Source: a virus
Lineage: Duplodnaviria; Heunggongvirae; Uroviricota; Caudoviricetes
IMG/VR virus record: IMGVR_UViG_3300045988_019953
Span: 1-42,581 of that record
Reading direction: 5' to 3' (one strand)
Length of the DNA: 42,581 nt
Shown here in pieces: positions 34,856-42,581 of this stretch. The notes beneath the pieces are model-generated. The model made no database searches. It had not been told where the DNA came from and saw only the letters and a program-made list of their open reading frames with translations. Each line of letters begins with the position of its first letter. Position 1 is the stretch's first letter. The position numbers were made by a program, and so were the translations under genes.

Positions 34856-36276
34856 TTTTTACCTCTGCGCTTCATGTACTCTAGTAATATGTCTTGTACT
34901 TGCTTTTTCTCGTCGGTACGAGCCGCAACTACCTCATCTAACGTATCTTTAGCAATAATCTTGTAGATAAAAACAGGGCGATTATACCCCGATTGCTTTT
35001 GACGCGTTGGACCTATACGCTCGACAACCTGCAAATAGTGCTCGAGGTTCCAGCCTTGCGAAATAAACGCCAGATGATGGCCGCCGTCCTGTAAATTCAA
35101 ACCATGACCGGCTGACGCAGGGTGAACGCACAAAATCTCGATTTCGCCACGGTTCCACGCCTCCATCTGCTTATTGCCCTTGGCGCCTTTGGCAAACGCC
35201 TGTGCTTGCGGGAATCGCTTAAGGATACGCTCCAGTTCGTGCTTGAACTGATAGGCCACCAGTAACGGCGCGCCCTGTAACTCCTCAACAATTGACTCAA
35301 GAGCATCCAGCTTCGTGTCATGCACTTTCTCCCAGTCTTTGGTTGCTTCGCCGTCTGGCCCCGATACATACACGGCACCGGATGCAATCTGCAAACACTT
35401 CGACGTCTTCGCCGCAGCGTTAGCCGCTTCAACTTCCCCGCTTTCCAGTTCCGCGAATAACTTCTCCTCCATATCGATGTACGTCTGACGCGCTTTCTTC
35501 GGCAGGTCGATTTCAACCGGTACGATAACGGGCGCTTCACAACCGAACCACTCAGCGGCATCAATCGTGAGACTAATGTCCTTCATCTTCTGGTGGATTT
35601 CATTATCTGCGCCAGGGCGTGCGTGATATTCGCGCGCCATAGCAGATTTTCCTTTCTGCACCGAGTTAAACCAGCGGTCGGTGAACGCTGTGTACGAAGA
35701 ACCGAGTCGCTCGCCCGCGTCGATAAACCAGTTCTGCCCCCACAAGTCCTTGAGGCCGTTTGGCGACGGTGTACCGGTCAGGTTGATGAAACGCTTAACC
35801 TTACCGAACGCCACTTTACTAAGCGCCTTTGCCCTCTTGCTGCCTCCCGAACGGCTACGGAATGACTTGAGCTTCGTGCTCTCATCGGCAACGATAGCCG
35901 TAAAAGGCCAGTCGTCTTTGCCGTAGTAGTCAATGAGCCACTCGATAACTTCGTAGTTGGTACACACCACGTTAGCGTCTGACTCCAGCGCCGAGATACG
36001 GCGCTTCTCCGAACCTGTTGCATCTACGACACTCAAACAAGGGAACCGCCATTTCTCTTGTTCAGATGGCCACGTGCCAGATGCAACGCGCAACGGGGCG
36101 AGGATTAACACGCGGTCCTCTTCCGTAAGCTGTCCGTTGCGAAACAGGCGGTTTAAAGTCCACAGGACGCTACCAGTCTTCCCGGCGCCCATGCTCGCCC
36201 AAATATTACAGCGATGATGTCGCAACATGAACGAGGTCATGAGCTTCTGGTACTCGCGCCTTTGAAACTTACTCAT
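34852..36276 (-). CDS. Superfamily 2 DEAD/DEAH-type DNA helicase
   Basis: Walker A SMGAGKTG, DEST box (IVADESTK), C-terminal helicase-type region. Confidence 0.8.
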   Translation of the reverse strand: MSKFQRREYQKLMTSFMLRHHRCNIWASMGAGKTGSVLWTLNRLFRNGQLTEEDRVLILAPLRVASGTWPSEQEKWRFPCLSVVDATGSEKRRISALESDANVVCTNYEVIEWLIDYYGKDDWPFTAIVADESTKLKSFRSRSGGSKRAKALSKVAFGKVKRFINLTGTPSPNGLKDLWGQNWFIDAGERLGSSYTAFTDRWFNSVQKGKSAMAREYHARPGADNEIHQKMKDISLTIDAAEWFGCEAPVIVPVEIDLPKKARQTYIDMEEKLFAELESGEVEAANAAAKTSKCLQIASGAVYVSGPDGEATKDWEKVHDTKLDALESIVEELQGAPLLVAYQFKHELERILKRFPQAQAFAKGAKGNKQMEAWNRGEIEILCVHPASAGHGLNLQDGGHHLAFISQGWNLEHYLQVVERIGPTRQKQSGYNRPVFIYKIIAKDTLDEVVAARTDEKKQVQDILLEYMKRRGKK

Positions 36277-36763
36277 TGGGTCGTATTCCTTTGTCTAATG
36301 TTTCAAGTGCCGATACCCTGGCGGCTATTGCTTCTTCTCTTGTAGAGTAATAACCTAAATGCTTCTTTATTCCGTCAATAGTCATATACGCGGCCCATTT
36401 GTTATGCGACTCTCGCCACCTGACGCCAGGAAAGCCGCTTTTATTACTCGACCTAATTTTCTGCCATCCAGCTTTTGCGACGTTACCTTGTTGTGTCACT
36501 AACTGTAGATTTTCCAATCGGTTATCATCGTACACGCCATTTATGTGGTCAATTTGCATTCCTTCTGGAATCTTGCCGTTGTGCATCTCCCAGACTATTC
36601 TATGTGCTTGGTATATTTTACCTTTGAACTTAATACGCCTATGCCCCTTGTTTACCGAGCTTCCTGCTGTACTGCCTACCGATACTCTCGGCCTCGGTCT
36701 TACTCGCCAAATGAGGGCGCCGTTGTCGTAGGTGAATATCCTACCCCATGCTATTTCACACAT
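36269..36763 (-). CDS. HNH homing endonuclease, copy 3 of 4
   Basis: Motif MQIDHINGVYDDNRLENL plus KSGFPGVRW; RBS AAGGA. Confidence 0.8.
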   Translation of the reverse strand: MCEIAWGRIFTYDNGALIWRVRPRPRVSVGSTAGSSVNKGHRRIKFKGKIYQAHRIVWEMHNGKIPEGMQIDHINGVYDDNRLENLQLVTQQGNVAKAGWQKIRSSNKSGFPGVRWRESHNKWAAYMTIDGIKKHLGYYSTREEAIAARVSALETLDKGIRPNE

Positions 36764-36942
36764 AATACTAATTCCTTACGCCCGAACGCCGTAACGTTTC
36801 CGGTTACATCTTCGATAACCAGTTTACCGTTCGACTCGACGAACACCGTATCAACGGCAACAGGACGACGGGTCTTAACGTTGAAAATCATGTCGCCAGG
36901 TACGATGTCACGTGCTGGTTTGCGGTCGTATTCGTGTTTCAT
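36751..36942 (-). CDS. Hypothetical protein (63 aa)
   Basis: Track ORF with RBS AAGGA; first gene after minus-strand promoter at 36976-37004. Confidence 0.45.
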   Translation of the reverse strand: MKHEYDRKPARDIVPGDMIFNVKTRRPVAVDTVFVESNGKLVIEDVTGNVTAFGRKELVLCVK

Positions 36943-36972
36943 TTCTCAATTCCTTATATTGTTGGTGTATGA

Positions 36973-37272
36973 CTAACTATAATAGTTCGCTATTAGGTCG
37001 TCAACCTGTTTGAAAGACCCGACGACAAAAACATTTGCACCGCGTCTACGCATCCGCTCATGCTCACGTAACTGGTGCGGGTCTGGCTTCGTGTTTTCGT
37101 CTTTCTTAACCTCGACGAACCAGATGATGCCGCCGGGGAGAATTACCAGCAGGTCAGGGGCTCCCACTCTGTTTTCATATGACAATTTGCGTACGAGGCC
37201 CCCAAGGGCCTCGAATCGCTCTTTTGCGTATTTCTGTATTTTTCCTTCCGGGGTCATGGGCGCAGAATCCAA
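36973..37272 (-). CDS. VRR-NUC domain nuclease
   Basis: Motifs GAPDLLVILPGG and IWFVEVKKDE match the VRR-NUC pattern; probable TTG start after AGGTGGGG. Confidence 0.65.
   Translation of the reverse strand: MDSAPMTPEGKIQKYAKERFEALGGLVRKLSYENRVGAPDLLVILPGGIIWFVEVKKDENTKPDPHQLREHERMRRRGANVFVVGSFKQVDDLIANYYS
36976..37004 (-). promoter_or_regulatory. Leftward promoter TTGACG-17-TATAGT with dyad AATAG-N4-CTATT (36981-36994)
   Basis: Same architecture and spacer core as leftward promoters at 996-1025 and 41215-41243. Confidence 0.5.
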
Positions 37273-37406
37273 GTAAGGAAAGCCCCACCTAGAACGGCAA
37301 CGCCAACAAACTTAAAGAACAGGCCATAACAGAACATTGCGGCTATTCCAGCGCCGAGTAACAGTGCGAGCATGGTTACTATCGTCCAAAATACAAACAT
37401 TGTCAT
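37254..37406 (-). CDS. Small membrane protein (50 aa)
   Basis: ATG 37404-37406 after GGAG; overlaps upstream stop; hydrophobic throughout; track lists a longer upstream start. Confidence 0.4.
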   Translation of the reverse strand: MTMFVFWTIVTMLALLLGAGIAAMFCYGLFFKFVGVAVLGGAFLTWILRP

Positions 37407-37597
37407 AATAACGGCTCCGCATCTGGGTTGCGCAGGAAGTACGCTTGATAGATGTCGTGTTCCGAATAGTAAACGCCTTTGTGCGTACACCCGGCACAAA
37501 CGTCGCTAAAGAACCCCTCACCCATTACCATGATAAATTCCCATTCTGGCATATCCACCAACGCAGCTAGTTTCTTACTAAATGGCTTGTTACTCAT
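37403..37597 (-). CDS. Hypothetical protein (64 aa)
   Basis: ATG 37595-37597 after GAGGGGTG; in frame with track ORF 37403-37606. Confidence 0.45.
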   Translation of the reverse strand: MSNKPFSKKLAALVDMPEWEFIMVMGEGFFSDVCAGCTHKGVYYSEHDIYQAYFLRNPDAEPLL

Positions 37598-37679
37598 AAT
37601 ACACACCCCTCACGTTTTGTATGCGCGATACCACAGCGCGGACAGATTCGGCAGTCTTCTTCATAAAACCAGTAGATTT

Positions 37680-37811
37680 TCATTCCAGCACCCACAGATA
37701 AATTGCGATTAACAGGCCCAATACGGCTGCCATCATGCCGTATTGGGCCTCGTGACAGTAGACACCGGCAGCAAATCCCGCCAGTACCGCGATAATCAGT
37801 TTACTTAGCAT
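37680..37811 (-). CDS. Small membrane protein (43 aa)
   Basis: Manual translation MLSKLIIAVLAGFAAGVYC...; start overlaps polymerase 3-prime end; below track threshold. Confidence 0.35.
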   Translation of the reverse strand: MLSKLIIAVLAGFAAGVYCHEAQYGMMAAVLGLLIAIYLWVLE

Positions 37812-39999
37812 AACGTTTTAACTCCTGACCTTCTGCTACAAGAGGGAACCCCTCAGCCCATTCCGGTAATTCGCACATCAACCGCTCAAGTTCAGCCACC
37901 GTGTAATCCGCCGTGTCTGGAGTTTCACATACCAGTTCATCGTGTACCGAAAGCACGATGGGGTACCCGCCACCCTCAACATTAATCATCGCATATGCTA
38001 GTAAATCACGGCACAGTGCCTGGACCAGGTTTTCACAGGCTTTGCCGCCGTGTGTGTACAGGGTGGTCCATTGACGGGTTAACGGGTGTTCGCCTTGATA
38101 CTTTATTCGCACATTCGTGTTCACCCGTCCGTCTTCGTCTGTTTCCTTTGTCACACTAACGCCGATTCCCGGATACGAGAGGATACGGCCTGACGGCAAC
38201 TCCATACACAACCACCAACCTGGAACCTTCCTACCGGATGAATCAAATTCTACAGTACGCCATATGCGGATAGCCCTTTCCCCGTTCCTGCGCAAGTGTG
38301 CCCCTGCCCAAAATTCACGACCAGGATTACGCACAGCGGCTAAAATTCCATCTTTAAGGTCACGCCAGAACGCTACTGTTTCGGGGTGTGACTCGCGCCA
38401 CATACGCTTGATAGCATCACAAGTACGCCACACTTTCTTATCGAGGATATACGATGGTCGGTCATCCTTTTCACCCGGATGCGGCGGTCGCTTTGCTTCC
38501 TGGATACGCGCCCACTCATAGCCACGTGCGGTAGCAGCCCATATGTGGTCGGGGAATGTACCGTCCATTGTTTTTGCCATCTCAATAAGGTCGAGGCCTA
38601 AGTTTTTAGCGAACGTAACGAACGCTCCGACACCCCCCTCATAGCCGAGGCCAAGCTCGCAAGCCTTGCCTATCTGTCTGATTTCCTTGAAGTTTTTCTT
38701 AATGTCATTGGGGTCCATGCCGAACATCTTGCCTGCGGTTACGCAGTAAATATCCAGTCCGGCGCGGAACGTATCAAGCGCGGTTTCTTCGCCCGCCAGC
38801 CACGCTAAACCACGGCCTTCTACGTTAGAGTAATCGGCGACGACAAACTTATGCCCGGCTTCCGGGATAATGCAGCTACGGACCGTCGATGCCGTCAGCT
38901 TGGCTACATCAAAACGGCGATGCGCGCGGCCCTTAAGTAACGCTGAAATGCCTTTATCCAGTTCATCATCGTGATAGTAACCGCGCGCCAGGTTCTGCGG
39001 CTGGAAGCCTTTACCGGCCCATCGCAGAGTTCGTTTTGCCCCGCCGTACTGCAAGCAACCGCGACGGCGGTCGTCCGACGAGCGACCTAACAGAAGCGGG
39101 TTATATTTCGTTGACGCGGTAGACGCTGCCCCGAGTCGCATCTCGATAATCGTGCGGGCGTCGTCAGGTAAATCATCATCCGCCAACAGGTCGTTAAGCG
39201 TAGACTTCTGCGCGTTGTGGATGCGGTGCGCTGGCGCAAGTTCACGCAGAATCGGCAGAAAATCCTTACCAGTAAGCGAGCCGCCGTATTTGCGTTGGGC
39301 TTCTTCCTGTAACTGGGCCTTGTGATTCTCCACGGCTTCAATCGCGGCTTCCGCTAGTGCGACGTCAACCTTAAACCCGCGGTCGTTGATTAACTGGTCC
39401 AGTTCCAGTACACGGTCCTCGAACTCGGAGTTACCCCAACGCGGCAGCTTATGGAAGACTTCACGCATCGCAGTGATGTCGCTCACAGCGTACTTGATGA
39501 ACAGCGCCCACTCGTCCGGGTGCGTTTCGGCGGTGTAGCGGCGAATTTTGTAGTTCTTCGGTGTCGGTTTAGAGAAACGCTTAATCAGCGCCTTGCCGCG
39601 TTTATCTTTCGCGTTGTCCGCAGATACGCCCAGCACTTCACACAGCGCATCAAGCGAACCAGGCAGCGCGTGACGAAACGCCCAAATCATAGTATCAATA
39701 GTGTTACTTACCGGAATATCAAAACCCCAGCAGTGCTTCATGATGAGTCTGTCGAACATTAAAAAGTTATGGCCCACGATTTTCATACGTCCACGCATAA
39801 CATTACGGAGAGCCACACGGAGGCTTATCGGCATTACTGATTCGGAAGTGCAATCCCATACTTCTACAGGACCGTCATCAACAGCATACGTACAAATTAT
39901 GACCTCTGTCGTTGGGTGCTCCGCATACGCATACGACCCGACTTTCTTTAAGTCTGCTTCGGAGAATGTCTCGGTATCCAGGTACAATAAACTAGTCAT
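37801..39999 (-). CDS. DNA polymerase, family A, with N-terminal 3-5 exonuclease domain
   Basis: Exo motif LYLDTET; pol motif A DYSNVEGR; motif C SVHDELV; RBS AAGGA; 732 aa. Confidence 0.9.
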   Translation of the reverse strand: MTSLLYLDTETFSEADLKKVGSYAYAEHPTTEVIICTYAVDDGPVEVWDCTSESVMPISLRVALRNVMRGRMKIVGHNFLMFDRLIMKHCWGFDIPVSNTIDTMIWAFRHALPGSLDALCEVLGVSADNAKDKRGKALIKRFSKPTPKNYKIRRYTAETHPDEWALFIKYAVSDITAMREVFHKLPRWGNSEFEDRVLELDQLINDRGFKVDVALAEAAIEAVENHKAQLQEEAQRKYGGSLTGKDFLPILRELAPAHRIHNAQKSTLNDLLADDDLPDDARTIIEMRLGAASTASTKYNPLLLGRSSDDRRRGCLQYGGAKRTLRWAGKGFQPQNLARGYYHDDELDKGISALLKGRAHRRFDVAKLTASTVRSCIIPEAGHKFVVADYSNVEGRGLAWLAGEETALDTFRAGLDIYCVTAGKMFGMDPNDIKKNFKEIRQIGKACELGLGYEGGVGAFVTFAKNLGLDLIEMAKTMDGTFPDHIWAATARGYEWARIQEAKRPPHPGEKDDRPSYILDKKVWRTCDAIKRMWRESHPETVAFWRDLKDGILAAVRNPGREFWAGAHLRRNGERAIRIWRTVEFDSSGRKVPGWWLCMELPSGRILSYPGIGVSVTKETDEDGRVNTNVRIKYQGEHPLTRQWTTLYTHGGKACENLVQALCRDLLAYAMINVEGGGYPIVLSVHDELVCETPDTADYTVAELERLMCELPEWAEGFPLVAEGQELKRYAK

Positions 40000-40465
40000 G
40001 GCAATAAAATTCCTTATGCAGTTTTTCTCTTAATTTCTTTACAGCGCTTTCCGCTTCTTCAAGAGTTCCGTAGCTACCAGCGTTATAACTTTTGTAGTTA
40101 AAATGTACACGCCCATAAAATCGGTTGCCGTTTTTAACTACTCCCTTAACCCCCGTTCTAGCTCCCTTATTTTTAGCGTTTCGCACATTATCCGCTGTGG
40201 TTGCTTTCCTTAGGTTAGAAATCCTATTGTCTAACCTGTCACGGTTTATATGGTCAAGAGGCCCCTCAGGCCATTCGCCGTAGTCGAAAAACCAAGCAAG
40301 CCTGTGGGCCATATAGTATCTACCCATATAAGGTATGCGCCAGTATCCGCTACTATTAATACATCCCGCAATGTCTCCGGGTTTCCCTCGTCTGTATGTA
40401 GGTTGTATCCATGTGAATATTCCGGTTTCTCGGTTATAGCTAAGAAAATCTTTTATATGTTCCAT
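39992..40465 (-). CDS. HNH homing endonuclease, copy 4 of 4
   Basis: Motif LDHINRDRLDNRISNL plus ARTGVKGV; ATG 40463-40465 after GGAG preferred over track TTG 40489. Confidence 0.8.
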   Translation of the reverse strand: MEHIKDFLSYNRETGIFTWIQPTYRRGKPGDIAGCINSSGYWRIPYMGRYYMAHRLAWFFDYGEWPEGPLDHINRDRLDNRISNLRKATTADNVRNAKNKGARTGVKGVVKNGNRFYGRVHFNYKSYNAGSYGTLEEAESAVKKLREKLHKEFYCHD

Positions 40466-40476
40466 TCTGACTCCGG

Positions 40477-40500
40477 TAAAAAGGCCCAATGAAGGGCCTT
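40477..40500 (-). terminator. Terminator-like hairpin AAGGCCC-AATGAA-GGGCCTT with T tract on minus strand
   Basis: 7-bp stem; TTTT follows on minus strand; between SSB-like gene and HNH/polymerase. Confidence 0.5.
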
Positions 40501-40519
40501 AGTTAAATTGATTCAGATA

Positions 40520-41146
40520 TTAGCGGCGGCGACGTTCGCGGCGCGGTGCTTCATCTTCTTCGTCGTCTTCCAGGTCATCAACGCTTGCAGCGACTTTAGA
40601 ACCGCCGAACGCTTTACCTTCACCAACGTATTTAATCGCCAGCAGGTTAACACCGAGGACTTTATATTTCTGGCTGAACCAGATTTCGACGCTTACGTTA
40701 GCCACGCAGCCGCTGTAAACCTGTTCGCCTTCAATCTGTTCACCGTCAACGTTGAAGTCCTGCTCTACCTGAGTCTCACCTTTTTTAGAGGTTACAATCA
40801 GCGGCTGTTTCTGTGCCTTCGCTTTGAAGTAGAAGCCTTCCGGGAAGTCTTCAAATGGATTGTCGCGCTCGGCAATGTCTTTAATCGCGCATTTATCCAT
40901 GTGCTTACCTTCGCCGTAGTTGGACTTCATCCATTTCTCGGCAGCGGCTGCGCCTAACGCCTCTTCAACTACAGAGTAAACTGTGTCGTAGAGTGCGTCG
41001 ATTTGAGCATGGTCAGACGGCAGGATAATAGTTGCGCTGTACTGACCTTTAGTGATTGAGCCATCATCGTTTTCACGGTCTTTTTCGCGTTCAAATACGT
41101 TAACCCATGCAGTGTTTACTTTACGCAGATTTAATTTCAGTCCCAT
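40520..41146 (-). CDS. Putative ssDNA-binding / annealing protein (DUF2815-like)
   Basis: 208 aa with acidic tail DDLEDDEEDE; adjacent to exonuclease; family assignment from memory. Confidence 0.45.
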   Translation of the reverse strand: MGLKLNLRKVNTAWVNVFEREKDRENDDGSITKGQYSATIILPSDHAQIDALYDTVYSVVEEALGAAAAEKWMKSNYGEGKHMDKCAIKDIAERDNPFEDFPEGFYFKAKAQKQPLIVTSKKGETQVEQDFNVDGEQIEGEQVYSGCVANVSVEIWFSQKYKVLGVNLLAIKYVGEGKAFGGSKVAASVDDLEDDEEDEAPRRERRRR

Positions 41147-41214
41147 CGTGATTTCTCGCTTTTCAGTTTATATTTCAAAGTTTACTCCGGGAAGCTGCCC
41201 GGCCAGTGATTAGA

Positions 41215-41243
41215 ACTATAATAGCTTGCTATTCAGGTGTCAA
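41215..41243 (-). promoter_or_regulatory. Leftward promoter TTGACA-17-TATAGT with dyad AATAG-N4-CTATT (41220-41233)
   Basis: Hexamers and dyad read in sequence; between exonuclease stop and SSB-like start. Confidence 0.5.
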
Positions 41244-41247
41244 TACT

Positions 41248-42489
41248 TTATTCTAAATCTTCTTCACTAACCCGATTCCACTCAGGACGTTTGTCACCTG
41301 CCGTTGCAACACATGGTGTGCCCGGCTTACGGGTAATGAAGTCTTTCAGTTCTTCTTCCGGTATGACTTTAACAGCTTCGGTAGGTGACATGAGCACTTC
41401 TTTAGTCAGCTTGTCGCCGTAGAGTTCTGCTACTTTCTCTGCATCTTTCCACGCACGATTACCAGGACGACCTTCCACCAGCTTGTACCCTGGAACTTTC
41501 TTACCGGAATGCAACGCGGTGGCCATAGCTTTCTCAACCTTGTCGATGTGCTGACGCAACAACGGCAACTTCTCATACTCAGCTACGAGTTGCTCCGGTG
41601 TCAGTTCCAGTGCAAAGTCGTCTTCCAGTTCTTCCGCCAGTACAGAATTAACTGTCTTTGTACGCGCGGCGCATTGCTCAGAGAACCGACACCACTGGCA
41701 ACCATCGACCGACGGCTTGAAGTCCGACGCTTTCAGATTCTTTTTACCACGGTAATAAGCATCAAGGGCTAATAGTGCGCGTTTCTGTGCGAACTTAGCG
41801 AACAGTTCCAGACCTTCAACCGAGATGTCCCACTCCGACGCGCCCCCGGCGTACGGCTGGAAGATGACCAGACGAACAACCGTGATGTTATAACGTCTCT
41901 TGAGTCGGCGATAAACACCGAGAGCGTAAAGCATAAGCTGTTTGTTTTCTTTAGCTTCGACACGATGCCGTCCTGTTTTCAGGTCGCCGATGATGAGCAT
42001 GTGCCCGTCAGTGTTGGCCAGTTCTTGGACGGCAACAAGGTCAGCCGTTCCAAACGTCTCAACGCCTTCATAACCCGGATGCAATACCTCAGTAAGATTG
42101 ACACGCATTTCCAACTTGGCATAAGTCGCTACATCGATAATCGCTTTGCAGTAGTCAGTGTACTTGCGCACCTGCTCAATCATGTCCGCCGTAATCAGTG
42201 CCGCACCTTTCATCGGGCTGATTAGCGCCTTAATCTGGCCTTTACCTTCATCCAGCACGTAAGCACCGACTTCGCGTTCTAACGGCAGCGCAGCGCCTTT
42301 GATGTACTGATTTAAATGGACCTCAGCTATAGTGTGGCACGCGGTCCCTGTAACGGCGGATTTACCCGAAGTGTTAGGAATATCTTTTTCACAGGCCAGT
42401 GACGCCGCGCATGACAGCCACTTTTTAGCGCCTGACGGCGACAGTAAGGCGTGTACATCGTTATTACCACCGCGTTCCTTTAAAATCAT
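41248..42489 (-). CDS. Cas4/RecB-like PD-(D/E)XK exonuclease with Cys cluster
   Basis: C-terminal CQWCRFSEQC (CX2CX5C) plus N-terminal Cys; ATG 42487-42489 overlaps the stop of the junction-spanning ORF; track lists GTG 42504. Confidence 0.7.
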   Translation of the reverse strand: MILKERGGNNDVHALLSPSGAKKWLSCAASLACEKDIPNTSGKSAVTGTACHTIAEVHLNQYIKGAALPLEREVGAYVLDEGKGQIKALISPMKGAALITADMIEQVRKYTDYCKAIIDVATYAKLEMRVNLTEVLHPGYEGVETFGTADLVAVQELANTDGHMLIIGDLKTGRHRVEAKENKQLMLYALGVYRRLKRRYNITVVRLVIFQPYAGGASEWDISVEGLELFAKFAQKRALLALDAYYRGKKNLKASDFKPSVDGCQWCRFSEQCAARTKTVNSVLAEELEDDFALELTPEQLVAEYEKLPLLRQHIDKVEKAMATALHSGKKVPGYKLVEGRPGNRAWKDAEKVAELYGDKLTKEVLMSPTEAVKVIPEEELKDFITRKPGTPCVATAGDKRPEWNRVSEEDLE

Positions 42490-42504
42490 ACCCTGTTCTC
42501 CCAC

Positions 42505-42581
42505 TGGTCAATTAAATGCCGAGTTTTATGTTCGCAGTGCATAGCCCACCCATACATCGACTCGAAGACATAAAAGTCTGG
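42505..42581. repeat. Terminal direct repeat, right copy (identical to 1-77)
   Basis: Exact 77/77 identity with window start. Confidence 0.9.

Noticed and set aside
35097-35564. 155-aa minus-strand ORF in an alternative frame within the helicase gene
   Set aside because: Nested out of frame inside the helicase coding region; Arg-rich composition typical of a shadow frame.
1-42581. tRNA genes, CRISPR arrays, integrase/attachment sites, reverse transcriptase
   Set aside because: By-eye scanning found no cloverleaf-compatible T-loop motifs, no regularly spaced repeat-spacer arrays, and no ORF with integrase or RT motifs; a tRNAscan-SE and HMM search would be needed to be certain.

Overview
The window reads as a complete, circularly closed genome of a tailed dsDNA phage with siphovirus-like tail genes. 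Bases 1-77 are repeated exactly at 42505-42581, so the unique genome is about 42,504 bp, and a minus-strand ORF runs in frame across that junction. Layout: a minus-strand replication/recombination module that wraps the junction (Cas4-like exonuclease, SSB-like protein, family A DNA polymerase, VRR-NUC, SF2 helicase, primase/helicase, interleaved with HNH endonucleases); a plus-strand early region of many small ORFs (4.7-10.2 kb) containing holin and endolysin; a plus-strand packaging/head/tail block (10.4-34.2 kb: terS, terL, portal, head morphogenesis protein, overlapped Rz/Rz1 spanins, scaffold, major capsid, tail genes, tape measure, tail tip, beta-helix tailspike). A four-gene minus-strand island with its own promoter sits inside the tail block. 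I found no integrase, tRNA, CRISPR array or reverse transcriptase, so a virulent lifestyle is likely; the architecture resembles T1/Jersey-like siphoviruses of enterobacteria, but that is inference. The strongest unexplained signals are (1) a duplicated promoter-to-terminator element with compensatory base changes, suggesting a two-copy structured small RNA, each copy next to one of two paralogous small proteins; (2) a 14-bp dyad AATAG-N4-CTATT at seven promoter regions on both strands; (3) the island encoding an HTH-fused calcineurin-like metallophosphoesterase. All calls are from manual reading of the sequence and ORF track; no database search or folding was run.
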